This document shows positions 29,301 through 44,300 of a stretch of 64,000 nucleotides of DNA, piece after piece (position 1 is the stretch's first letter; the number at the start of each line of letters is the position of its first letter). The notes beneath the pieces are model-generated. The model did not search any database. It saw nothing but the letters and a program-made list of their open reading frames with translations, and was not told the origin of the DNA. Location of the stretch: assembly GCA_964016885.1 (NCBI GenBank), contig OZ024760.1, positions 30,814,001 through 30,878,000 of the forward strand, in the 5' to 3' direction. Source of the DNA: Eledone cirrhosa (taxonomy: Eukaryota). Made by a program: the position numbers and the translations under genes.

Positions 29301-32300
29301 GTAGTGTAACGTAATGTAATGTAATGTAATGTGTAATTTAATGTAATGTAATGTAATGTAATGTGTAATGTAATGTAATGTAATGTAATGTAATGTGTAA
29401 TTTGTAATGTAATGTAATGTAATGTAATGTAATGTGTAATGTAATGTAATGTAATGTAATGTAGTGTAATGCAATGTAATGTAATGTAATGTAATGTGTA
29501 ATGTAATGTAATGTAATGTAATGTAATGTAATGTAATGTAATGTAATGTAATGTAATGTATAATGTAATGTAATGTAATGTGTAATGCAATGTAATGTAA
29601 CGTAATGTAATGTAATATAATGTAATGTAATGTGTAATGTAACGTAATGTAATGTAATGTAATGTGTAATGTAATGTAATGTGTAATGTAATGTAATGTA
29701 ATGTAATGTAATGTAATGTAATGTGTAATGTAATGTAATGTAATGTGTAATGTAATGTAATGTAATGTAACGTAATGTAATGTAATGTGTAATGTAATGT
29801 AATGTAATGTAATGTAACGTAATGTAATGTTTAATGTAATGTAATGTGTAATGTAATGTAATGTAATGTAATGTAATGTGTAACGTAAGGTAATGTGTAA
29901 TGTAATGTAATGTAATGTAATGTAATGTGTAATGCAATGTAATGTAATGTAATGTAATGTAATGTAATGTGTAATATAATGTAATGTAATGTAACGTAAT
30001 GTGTAATGTAATGTAATGTAACGTGTAATGTAATGTAATGTATAATGTAATGTAATGTAATGTAATGTAATGTAATGTAATTAATGTAATGTAATGTGTA
30101 ATGTAATGTAATGTAATGTAATGTAATGTAATGTAATGTAATGTAATGTAATGTAATGTAATGTAATGTGTAATGTAATGTAATATGTAATGTAATGTAA
30201 TGTAATGTAATGTGTAATTTAATGTAATGTAATGTAATGTAATGTGTAATGTAATGTAATGTAATGTAATGTAAAGTAATGTGTAATGTATAATGTAACG
30301 TAATGTAATGTAATGTAATGTAATGTAATGTAATGTGTAATGTAATGTAATGTAATTTAGTGTAATGTAATGTAATGTAATGTAATGTAATGTAATGTAA
30401 TGTGTAATGTAATGTAATGTAATGTAATGTAATGTAATGTAATGTAAGTAATGTAAGTAATGTAATGTGTAATGTAATGTAATGTAATGTGTAATGTAAT
30501 GTAATGTAATTTAATGTGTAATGTAATGTAATGTAATGTAATGTAATGTAATGTGTAATGTAATGTAATGTAATGTAATGTAATGTAATGTAATGTAAGT
30601 AATGTAAGTAACGTAATGTGTAATGTCATGTAATGTAATGTAACGTGTAATGTAATGTAATGTAATGTAATGTAATGTAATGTAATGTAATGTAATGTAA
30701 TGTAATGTAATGTAATGTAATGTGTAATGTAATGTAATGTAATGTAATGTAATGTAATGTGTAATGTAAGGTAATGTAATGTAATGTAATGTAATGTGTA
30801 ATGTAATGTAATGTAATGTAATGTGTAATGCAATGCAATGTAATGTAATGTAATGTAATGTAATGTAATGTAATGTAATGTAATGTAATGTAATATAATG
30901 TAATGTAATGTGTAATGTAATGAATGTAATGTAATGTAATGTAATGTGTAATGTAATGTAATGTGTAATGTAATGTAATGTAATGTAATGTAATGTAATG
31001 TGTAATGTAATGTAATGTAATGTAATGTGTAATGTAATGTAATGTAATGTAATGTAACGTAATGTAATGTAATGTGTAACGTAATGTAATGTAATGTAAT
31101 GTAATGTAATGTAATGTATAATGTAATGTAATGTAATGTAATGTGTAATGCAATGTAATGTAATGTAATGTAATATAATGTAATGTAATGTGTAATGTAA
31201 TGTAATGTAATGTAATGTAATGTAATGTAATGTGTAATGTAATGTAATGTGTAATGTAATGTAATGTAATGTAATGTAATGTAATGTAATGTAATGTAAT
31301 GTAATGTAATGTAATGTAATGTAATGTGTAATGTAATGTAATGTAATGTGTAATGTAATGTAATGTAATGTAACGTAATGTAATCTAATGTGTAATGTAA
31401 TGTAATGTAATGTAATGTAATGTTTAATGTAATGTAATGTAATGTAATGTAATGTAATGTAATGTAATGTGTAACGTAATGTAATGTGTAATGTAATGTA
31501 ACGTAATGTAATGTAATGTAATGTAATGTGTAATGCAATGTAATGTAATGTAATGTAATGTAATGTAATGTAATGTAACGTGTAATGTAATGTAATGTAA
31601 TGTAACGTAATGTGTAATGTAATGTAATGTAATGTAATGTATAATGTAATGTAATGTAATGTAATGTAATGTAATGTAATGTAATGTAATTAATGTAATG
31701 TAATGTGTAATGTAATGTAATTTAATGTAATGTAATGTAATGTAATGTGTAATGTGTAATGTAATGTAATGTAATGTAATGTAATGTGTAATGTAATGTA
31801 ATGTAATGTAATGTAATGTAATGTAATGTAATGTAATGTCTAATGTAATGTAATGTAATGTAATGTAATGTAATGTAATGTAATGTAATGTGTAATGTAA
31901 CGTAATGTAATGTAATGTAATGTGTAATTTAATGTAATGTAATGTAATGTAATGCATAATGTAATGTAATGTAATGTAATGTAAAGTAATGTGTAATGTA
32001 TAATGTAACGTAATGTAATGTAATGTAATGTAATGTAATGTGTAATGTAATGTAATGTAATTTAGTGTAATGTAATGTAATGTAATGTAATGCAGTGTAA
32101 TGTAATGTGTAATGTAATGTAATGTAATGTAATGTAATGTAATGTAATGTAATGTAATGTAATGTGTAATGTAATGTAAAGTAAAGTGTAATGTAATGTA
32201 ATGTAATGTGTAATGTAATGTAATGTGTAATGTAATGTAATGTAATGTAATGTAATGTAACGTAATGTAATGTAATGTAATGTAATGTAATGTAATGTAA

Positions 32301-35300
32301 TGTAATGTGTAATGTAATGTAATGTAATGTAATGTAATGTAATGTAATGTGTAATGTAATGTAATGTAATGTAATGTAATGTGTAATGTAACGTAACGTA
32401 ATATAATGTAATGTGTAATTTAATGTAATGTAATGTAATGTAATGTAATGTGTAATGTAATGTAATGTAATGTAATGTGTAATGTGACATCTACTGTAAT
32501 GTAATGTAACGTAATGTAATGTAATGTGTAATGTAATGTAATCTAATGTAATGTAATGTAATGTAATGTAATGTGTAATGTAATGTAATGTAATGTAATG
32601 TAATGTAATGTAATGTAATGTAATGTAAGTATTGTAAGTAATGTAATGTGTAATGTAATGTTATGTAATGTAATGTGTAATGTAATGTAATGTAATTTAA
32701 TGTGTAATGTCATGTAATGTAACGTAACGTGTAATGTAATGTAAGGTAATGTAATGTAATGTAATGTAATGTAATGTAATGTAATGTAATGTAATGTAAT
32801 GTAATGTAATGTAATATAATGTAATGTGTAATGTAAGGTAATGTAATGTAATGTAATGTAATGTGTAATGTAATGTAATGTAATGTAATGTAATGTAATG
32901 TAATGTAATGTAATGTAATATAATGTAATGTAATGTGTAATGTAATGAATGTAATGTAATGTAATGTAATGTAATGTGTAATGTAATGTAATGTAATGTA
33001 ATGTGTAATGTAATTTAATGTAATGTAATGTAACGTAATGTAATGTAATGTAATGTGTAACGTAATGTAATGTAATGTAATGTGATGTAATGTAATGTGT
33101 AACGTAATGTAATGTGTAATGTAATGTAATGTAAAGTAATGTAATGTAAAGTAATGTAATGTAATGTAATGTAATGTAATGAAATGTAATGTAATGTGTA
33201 ATGTAACGTAATGTAATGTAATGTAATGTGTAATTTAATGTAATGTAATGTAACGTAATGTAATGTAATGTGTAATGTAATGTAATGTAATGTAATGTAA
33301 TGTAATGTAATGTAATGTTTAATGTAATGTAATGTGTAATGTAATGTAATGTAATGTAATGTAATGTAATGTGTAACGTAAGGTAATGTGTAATGTAATG
33401 TAATGTAATGTAATGTAATGTAATGTGTAATGCAATGTAATGTAATGTAATGTAATGTAATGTAATGTAATGTGTAATGTAATGTAACGTAATGTAACGT
33501 AATGTGTAATGTAATGTAATGTAACGTGTAATGTAATGTAATGTATAATGTAATGTAATGTAATGTAATGTAATGTAATTAATGTAATGTAATGTGTAAT
33601 GTAATGTAATGTAATGTAATGTAATGTAATGTAATGTAATGTAATGTAATGTAATGTGTAATGTAATGTAATATGTAATGTAATGTAATGTGTAATTTAA
33701 TGTAATGTAATGTAATGTGTAATGTAATGTAATGTAATGTAATGTAAAGTAATGTGTAATGTATAATGTAACGTTATGTAATGTAATGTAATGTAATGTA
33801 ATGTAATGTGTAATGTAATGTAATGTAATTTAGTGTAATGTAATGTAATGTAATGTAATGTAGTGTAATGTAATGTGTAATGTAATGTAAGGTAATGTAA
33901 TGTAATGTAATGTAATGTAATGTAATGTGTAATGTAATGTAAAGTAAAGTGTAATGTAATGTAATGTAATGTAATGTGTAATGTAATGTAATGTGTAATG
34001 TAATGTGTAATGTAATGTAATGTAATGTAATGTAATGTAATGTAACATAATGTAATGTAATGTAATGTAATGTAATGTAATGTAATGTAATGTGTAATGT
34101 AATGTAATGTAATGTAATGTAATGTAATGTAATGTAAAGTGTAATGTAATGTAATGTAATGTAATGTAATGTGTAATGTAACGTAACGTAACGTAATATA
34201 ATGTAATGTGTAATTTAATGTAATGTAATGTAATGTAATGTAATGTGTAATCTAATGTAATGTAATGTAATGTGTAATGTGACATCTACTGTAATGTAAT
34301 GTAACGTAATGTAATGTAATGTGTAATGTAATGTAATCTAATGTAATGTAATGTAATGTAATGTAATGTAATGTGAAATGTAATGTAATGTAATGTAATG
34401 TAATGTAATGTAATGTAATGTAATGTAAGTATTGTAAGTAATGTAATGTGTAATGTAATGTAATGTAATGTAATGTGTAATGTAATGTAATGTAATTTAA
34501 TGTGTAATGTCATGTAATGTAATGTAACGTGTAATGTAATGTGTAATGTAAGGTAATGTAATGTAATGTAATGTAATGTAATGTAATGTAATGTAATGTA
34601 ATGTGTAATGTAATGTAATGTAATATAATGTAATGTGTAATGTAAGGTAATGTAATGTAATGTAATGTAATGTAATATAATGTAATGTAATGTGTAATGT
34701 AATGAATGTAATGTAATGTAATGTAATGTAATGTAATGTGTAATGTAATGTAATGTAATGTAATGTAACGTAATGTAATGTAATGTGTAACGTAATGTAA
34801 TGTAATGTAATGTGATGTAATGTAATGTGTAACGTAATGTAATGTGTAATGTAATGTAATGTAAAGTAATGTAATGTAAAGTAATGTAATGTAATGTAAT
34901 GTAATGTAATGTAATGTAATGTAATGTAATGTAATGTGTAATGTAACGTAATGTAATGTAATGTAATGTGTAATTTAATGTAATGTAATGTAATGTAATG
35001 TGTAATGTAATGTAATGTAATGTAATGTAATGTGTAATTTGTAATGTAATGTAATGTAATGTAATGTAATGTAATGTGTAATGTAATGTAATGTAATGTA
35101 ATGTAGTGTAATGCAATGTAATGTAATGTAATGTAATGTGTAATGTAATGTAATGTAATGTAATGTAATGTAATGTAATGTAATGTAATGTAATGTAATG
35201 TAATGTAATGTAATGTAATGTATAATGTAATGTAATGTAATGTAATGTGTAATGCAATGTAATGTAATGTAATGTAATGTAATATAATGTAATGTAATGT

Positions 35301-38300
35301 GTAATGTAATGTAATGTAATGTGTAATGTAATGTAATGTGTAATGTAATGTAATATAATGTAATGTAATGTAATGTAATGTAATGTGTAATGTAATGTAA
35401 TGTAATGTGTAATGTAATGTAATGTAATGTAACGTAATGTAATGTAATGTGTAATGTAATGTAATGTAATGTAATGTAATGTAATGTAATGTAATGTTTA
35501 ATGTAATGTAATGTGTAATGTAATGTAATGTAATGTAATGTAATGTGTAACGTAAGGTAATGTGTAATGTAATGTAATGTAATGTAATGTAATGTAATGT
35601 GTAATGCAATATAATGTAATGTAATGTAATGTAATGTGTAATGTAATGTAATGTAATGTAACGTAATGTGTAATGTAATGTAATGTAACGTGTAATGTAA
35701 TGTAATGTATAATGTAATGTAATGTAATGTAATGTAATGTAATGTAATTAATGTAATGTAATGTGTAATGTAATGTAATGTAATGTAATGTAATGTAATG
35801 TAATGTAATGTAATGTAATGTGTAATGTAATGTAATATGTAATGTAATGTAATGTGTAATTTAATATAATGTAATGTAATGTAATGTGTAATGTAATGTA
35901 ATGTAATGTAATGTAATGTAATGTAAAGTAATGTGTAATGTATAATGTAACGTAATGTAATGTAATGTAATGTAATGTAATGTGTAATGTAATGTAATGT
36001 AATTTAGTGTAATGTAATGTAATGTAATGTAATGTAATGTAATGTAATGTAATGTGTAATGTAATGTAATGTAATGTAATGTAATGTAAGTAATGTAAGT
36101 ACTGTAATGTGTAATGTAATGTAATGTAATGTAATGTGTAATGTAATGTAATGTAATTTAATGTGTAATGTCATGTAATGTAATGTAACGTGTAATGTAA
36201 TGTAAGGTAATGTAATGTAATGTAATGTAATGTAATGTAATGTAATGTAATGTAATGTAATGTAATGTAATGTAATGTAATGTAATGTGTAATGTAATGT
36301 AATGTAATGTAATGTAATGTAATGTGTAATGTAAGGTAATGTAATGTAATGTAATGTAATGTGTAATGTAATGTAATGTAATGTAATGTGTAATGTAATG
36401 TAATGTAATGTAATGTAATGTGTAATGTAATGTAATGTAATGTAATGTGTAATGTAACGTAACGTAATATAATGTAATGTGTAATTTAATGTAATGTAAT
36501 GTAATGTAATGTAATGTGTAATGTAATGTAATGTAATGTAATGTGTAATGTGACATCTACTGTAATGTAATGTAACGTAATGTAATGTAATCTAATGTAA
36601 TGTAATGTAATGTAATGTAATGTGTAATGTAATGTAATGTAATGTAATGTAATGTAATGTAAGTATTGTAAGTAATGTAATGTGTAATGTAATGTAATGT
36701 AATGTAATGTGTAATGTAATGTAATGTAATTTAATGTGTAATGTCATGTAATGTAATGTAACGTGTAATGTAATGTAAGGTAATGTAATGTAATGTAATG
36801 TAATGTAATGTAATGTAATGTAATGTAATGTAATGTAATGTAATGTAATGTAATGTAATGTGTAATGTAATGTAATGTAATATAATGTAATGTGTAATGT
36901 AAGGTAATGTAATGTAATGTAATGTAATGTGTAATGTAATGTAATGTAATGTAATGTAATGTAATGTAATGTAATGTAATGTAATATAATGTAATGTAAT
37001 GTGTAATGTAATGAATGTAATGTAATGTAATGTAATGTAATGTGTAATGTAATGTAATGTAATGTAATGTGTAATGTAATTTAATGTAATGTAATGTAAC
37101 GTAATGTAATGGAATGTAATGTGTAACGTAATGTAATGTTATGTAATGTGATGTAATGTAATGTGTAACGTAATGTAATGTGTAATGTAATGTAATGTAA
37201 AGTAATGTAATGTAAAGTAATGTAATGTAATGTAATGTAATGTAATGTAATGTAATGTAATGTGTAATGTAACGTAATGTAATGTAATGTAGTGTGTAAT
37301 TTAATGTAATGTAATGTAACGTAATGTAATGTAATGTGTAATGTAATGTAATGTAATGTAATGTAATGTAATGTAATGTTTAATGTAATGTAATGTGTAA
37401 TGTAATGTAATGTAATGTAATGTAATGTGTAACGTAAGGTAATGTGTAATGTAATGTAATGTAATGTAATGTGTAATGCAATGTAATGTAATGTAATGTA
37501 ATGTAATGTAATGTAATGTGTAATGTAATGTAACGTAATGTAACGTAATGTGTAATGTAATGTAATGTAACGTGTAATGTAATGTAATGTATAATGTAAT
37601 GTAATGTAATGTAATGTAATGTAATGTAATGTAATTAATGTAATGTAATGTGTAATGTAATGTAATGTAATGTAATGTAATGTAATGTAATGTAATGTAA
37701 TGTAATGTAATGTAATGTAATGTAATGTGTAATGTAATGTAATATGTAATGTAATGTAATGTGTAATTTAATGTAATGTAATGTAATGTAATGTGTAATG
37801 TAATGTAATGTGTAATGTAATGTAATGTAATGTAATGTAAAGTAATGTGTAATGTATAATGTAACGTAATGTAATGTAATGTAATGTAATGTAATGTGTA
37901 ATGTAATGTAATGTAATTTAGTGTAATGTAATGTAATGTAATGTAATGTAGTGTAATGTAATGTGTAATGTAATGTAAGGTAAGGTAATGTAATGTAATG
38001 TAATGTAATGTAATGTAATGTGTAATGTAATGTAAAGTAAAGTGTAATGTAATGTAATGTAATGTAATGTGTAATGTAATGTAATGTGTAATGTAATGTA
38101 ATGTAATGTAATGTAATGTAATGTAACATAATGTAATGTAATGTAATGTAATGTAATGTAATGTAATGTGTAATGTAATGTAATGTAATGTAATGTAATG
38201 TAATGTAATGTGTAATGTAATGTAATGTAATGTAATGTGTAATGTAACGTAACGTAATATAATGTAATGTGTAATTTAATGTAATGTAATGTAATGTAAT

Positions 38301-41300
38301 GTAATGTGTAATGTAATGTAATGTAATGTAATGTGTAATGTGACATCTACTGTAATGTAATGTAACGTAATGTAATGTAATGTGTAATGTAATGTAATCT
38401 AATGTAATGTAATGTAATGTAATGTAATGTAATGTGTAATGTAATGTAATGTAATGTAATGTAATGTAATGTAATGTAATGTAAGTATTGTAAGTAATGT
38501 AATGTGTAATGTAATGTAATGTAATGTGTAATGTAATGTAATGTAATTTAATGTGTAATGTCATGTAATGTAATGTAACGTGTAATGTAATGTGTAATGT
38601 AAGGTAATGTAATGTAATGTAATGTAATGTAATGTAATGTAATGTAATGTAATGTAATGTGTAATGTAATGTAATGTAATATAATGTAATGTGTAATGTA
38701 AGGTAATGTAATGTAATGTAATGTAATGTAATATAATGTAATGTAATGTGTAATGTAATGAATGTAAAGTAATGTAATGTAATGTAATGTAATGTGTGAT
38801 GTAATGTAATGTAATGTAATGTGTAATGTAATGTAATGTAATGTAATGTAACGTAATGTAATGTAATGTGTAACGTAATGTAATGTAATGTAATGTGATG
38901 TAATGTAATGTGTAACGTAATGTAATGTGTAATGTAATGTAATGTAAAGTAATGTAATGTAAAGTAATGTAATGTAATGTAATGTAATGTAATGTAATGT
39001 AATGTAATGTAATGTAATGTAATGTGTAATGTAACGTAATGTAATGTAATGTAATGTGTAATTTAATGTAATGTAATGTAATGTAATGTGTAATGTAATG
39101 TAATGTAATGTAATGTGTAATTTGTAATGTAATGTAATGTAATGTAATGTAATGTAATGTGTAATGTAATGTAATGTAATGTAATCTAGTGTAATGCAAT
39201 GTAATGTAATGTAATGTAAAGTAATGTGTAATGTATAATGTAACGTAATGTAATGTAATGTAATGTAATGTAATGTGTAATGTAATGTAATGTAATTTAG
39301 TGTAATGTAATGTAATGTAATGTAATGTAATGTAATGTAATGTAATGTGTAATGTAATGTAATGTAATGTAATGTAATGTAAGTAATGTAAGTAATGTAA
39401 TGTGTAATGTAATGTAATGTAATGTAATGTGTAATGTAATGTAATGTAATTTAATGTGTAATGTCATGTAATGTAATGTAACGTGTAATGTAATGTAATG
39501 TAATGTAATGTAATGTAATGTAATGTAATGTAATGTAATGTAATGTAATGTAATGTAATGTAATGTAATGTAATGTGTAATGTAATGTAATGTAATGTAA
39601 TGTAATGTAATGTGTAATGTAAGGTAATGTAATGTAATGTAATGTAATGTGTAATGTAATGTAATGTAATGTAATGTGTAATGCAATGCAATGTAATGTA
39701 ATGTAATGTAATGTAATGTAATGTAATGTAATATAATGTAATGTAATGTGTAATGTAATGAATGTAATGTAATGTAATGTAATGTAATGTGTAATGTAAT
39801 GTAATGTGTAATGTAATGTAATGTAATGTAATGTAATGTAATGTAATGTGTAATGTAATGTAATGTAATGTAATGTGTAATGTAATCTAATGTAATGTAA
39901 CGTAATGTAATGTAATGTGTAACGTAATGTAATGTAATGTAATGTAATGTAATGTATAATGTAATGTAATGTAATGTAATGTGTAATGCAATGTAATGTA
40001 ATGTAATGTAATGTAATATAATGTAATGTAATGTGTAATGTAATGTAATGTAATGTAATGTAATGTAATGTAATGTAATGTGTAATGTAATGTAATGTGT
40101 AATGTAATGTAATGTAATGTAATGTAATGTAATGTGTAATGTAATGTAATGTAATGTGTAATGTAATGTAATGTAATGTAACGTAATGTAATGTAATGTG
40201 TAATGTAATGTAATGTAATGTAATGTAATGTTTAATGTAATGTAATGTGTAATGTAATGTAATGTAATGTAATGTAATGTAATGTAATGTAATGTAATGT
40301 GTAACGTAATGTAATGTGTAATGTAATGTAATGTAATGTAATGTAATGTGTAATGCAATGTAATGTAATGTAATGTAATGTAATGTAATGTAATGTAACG
40401 TGTAATGTAATGTAATGTAATGTAACGTAATGTGTAATGTAATGTAATGTAATGTAATGTATAATGTAATGTAATGTAATGTAATGTAATGTAATGTAAT
40501 TAATGTAATGTAATGTGTAATGTAATGTAATTTAATGTAATGTAATGTAATGTAATGTAATGTGTAATGTGTAATGTAATGTAATGTAATGTAATGTAAT
40601 GTGTAATGTAATGTAATGTAATGTAATGTAATGTAATGTAATGTAATGTGTAATGTAATGTAATGTAATGTAATGTAATGTAATGTAATGTAATGTAATG
40701 TGTAATGTAACGTAATGTAATGTAATGTAATGTGTAATTTAATGTAATGTAATGTAATGTAATGCATAATGTAATGTAATGTAATGTAATGTAATGTAAA
40801 GTAATGTGTAATGTATAATGTAACGTAATGTAATGTAATGTAATGTAATGTAATGTGTAATGTAATGTAATGTAATTTAGTGTAATGTAATGTAATGTAA
40901 TGTAATGTAGTGTAATGTAATGTGTAATGTAATGTAAGGTAATGTAATGTAATGTAATGTAATGTAATGTAATGTAATGTGTAATGTAATGTAAAGTAAA
41001 GTGTAATGTAATGTAATGTAATGTAATGTGTAATGTAATGTAATGTGTAATGTAATGTAATGTAATGTAATGTAATGTAATGTAACGTAATGTAATGTAA
41101 TGTAATGTAATGTAATGTAATTTAATGTGTAATGTAATGTAATGTAATGTAATGTAATGTAATGTAATGTGTAATGTAATGTAATGTAATGTAATGTAAT
41201 GTGTAATGTAACGTAACGTAATATAATGTAATGTGTAATTTAATGTAATGTAATGTAATGTAATGTAATGTGTAATGTAATGTAATGTAATGTAATGTGT

Positions 41301-44300
41301 AATGTGACATCTACTGTAATGTAATGTAACGTAATGTAATGTAATGTGTAATGTAATGTAATCTAATGTAATGTAATGTAATGTAATGTAATGTGTAATG
41401 TAATGTAATGTAATGTAATGTAATGTAATGTAATATAATGTAATGTAATGTAATGTAAGTATTTTAAGTAATGTAATGTGTAATGTAATGTAATGTAATG
41501 TAATGTGTAATGTAATGTAATGTAATTTAATGTGTAATGTCATGTAATGTAATGTAACGTGTAATGTAATGTGTAATGTAATGTAACGTAATGTAATGTA
41601 ATGTAATGTAATGTAATGTAATGTAATGTAATGTGTAATGTAATGTAATGTAATATAATGTAATGTGTAATGTAAGATAATGTAATGTAATGTAATGTAA
41701 TGTGTAATGTAATGTAATGTAATGTAATGTAATGTAATGTGTAATGCAATGCAATGTAATGTAATGTAATGTAATGTAATGTAATGTAATGTAATGTAAT
41801 ATAATGTAATGTAATGTGTAAGGTAATGAATGTAATGTAATGTAATGTAATGTAATGTGTAATGTAATGTAATGCAATGTAATGTGTAATGTAATGTAAT
41901 GTAATGTAATGTAACGTAATGTAATGTAATGTAATGTGTAACGTAATGTAATGTAATGTAATGTGATGTAATGTAATGTGTAACGTAATGTAATGTGTAA
42001 TGTAATGTAATGTAAAGTAATGTAATGTAATGTAATGTAATGTAATGTAATGTAATGTAATGTAATGTAATGTAATGTAATGTAATGTAATGTAATGTAA
42101 TGTATTGTAATGTAATGTAATGTAATGTAATGTGTAATGTAATGTAATGTAATGTGTAATGTAATGTAATGTATAATGTAATGTAATGTAATGTAATGTA
42201 ATGTAATTAATGTAATGTAATGTAATGTAATGTAATGTAATGTAATGTAATGTAATGTAATGTAATGTAATGTAATGTAATGTAATGTAATGTAATGTGT
42301 AATGTGTAATGTAATGTAACGTAATGTAACGTAATGTAATGTAATGTAATGTAATGTAATGTAATGTGTAATGTAATGTAATGTAATGTAATGTAATGTA
42401 ATGTGTAATGTAATGTAATGTGTAATGTAATGTAATGTAATGTAATGTGATGTAATGTAATGTAATGTAATGTAATGTAATGTACTGTAATGTAATGTAA
42501 TGTAATGTAATGTAATGTAATGTAATGTAATGTGTAATGTAATGTAATGTAATGTAATGTAATGTAATGTAATGTAATGTAATGTGTAATGTAATGTAAT
42601 GTAATGTAATGTAATGTAATGTAATGTAATGTCTAATGTAATGTAATGTAATGTAATATAATGTAATGTAATGTAATGTAATGTAATGTGTAATGTAACG
42701 TAATGTAATGTAATGTAACGTGTAATTTAATGTAATGTAATGTAATGTAATGTGTAATGTAATGTAATGTAATGTAATGTAAAGTAATGTGTAATGTATA
42801 ATGTAACGTAATGTAATGTAATGTAATGTAATGTAATGTGAATGTAATGTAATGTAAGTATTGTAAGTAATGTAATGTGTAATGTAATGTAATGTAATGT
42901 AATGTGTAATGTAATGTAATGTAATTTAATGTGTAATGTCATGTAATGTAATGTAACGTGTAATGTAATGTGTAATGTAAGGTAATGTAATGTAATGTAA
43001 TGTAATGTAATGTGTAATGTAATGTAATGTAATATAATGTAATGTGTAATGTAAGGTAATGTAATGTAATGTAATGTAATGTAATATAATGTAATGTAAT
43101 GTGTAATGTAATGAATGTAATGTAATGTAATGTAATGTAATGTAATGTGTAATGTAATGTAATGTAATGTAATGTAACGTAATGTAATGTAATGTGTAAC
43201 GTAATGTAATGTAATGTAATGTGATGTAATGTAATGTGTAACGTAATGTAATGTGTAATGTAATGTAATGTAAAGTAATGTAATGTAAAGTAATGTAATG
43301 TAATGTAATGTAATGTAATGTAATGTAATGTAATGTAATGTAATGTAATGTGTAATGTAACGTAATGTAATGTAATGTAATGTGTAATTTAATGTAATGT
43401 AATGTAATGTAATGTGTAATGTAATGTAATGTAATGTAATGTAATGTGTAATTTGTAATGTAATGTAATGTAATGTAATGTAATGTAATGTGTAATGTAA
43501 TGTAATGTAATGTAATGTAGTGTAATGCAATGTAATGTAATGTAATGTAATGTAATGTAATGTGTAATGTAATGTAATGTAATGTAATGTAATGTAATGT
43601 AATGTAATGTAATGTAATGTAATGTAATGTAATGTAATGTATAATGTAATGTAATGTAATGTAATGTGTAATGCAATGTAATGTAATGTAATGTAATGTA
43701 ATATAATGTAATGTAATGTGTAATGTAATGTAATGTAATGTAATGTAATGTGTAATGTAATGTAATGTGTAATGTAATGTAATATAGTGTAATGTAATGT
43801 AATGTAATGTAATGTGTAATGTAATGTAATGTAATGTGTAATGTAATGTAATGTAATGTAACGTAATGTAATGTAATGTGTAATGTAATGTAATGTAATG
43901 TAATGTAATGTAATGTAATGTAATGTTTAATGTAATGTAATGTGTAATGTAATGTAATGTAATGTAATGTAATGTGTAACGTAAGGTAATGTGTAATGTA
44001 ATGTAATGTAATGTAATGTAATGTAATGTGTAATGCAATATAATGTAATGTAATGTAATGTAATGTAATGTAATGTGTAATGTAATGTAATGTAATGTAA
44101 CGTAATGTGTAATGTAATGTAATGTAACGTGTAATGTAATGTAATGTATAATGTAATGTAATGTAATGTAATGTAATGTAATGTAATGTAATTAATGTAA
44201 TGTAATGTGTAATGTAATGTAATGTAATGTAATGTAATGTAATGTAATGTAATGTAATGTAATGTGTAATGTAATGTAATATGTAATGTAATGTAATGTG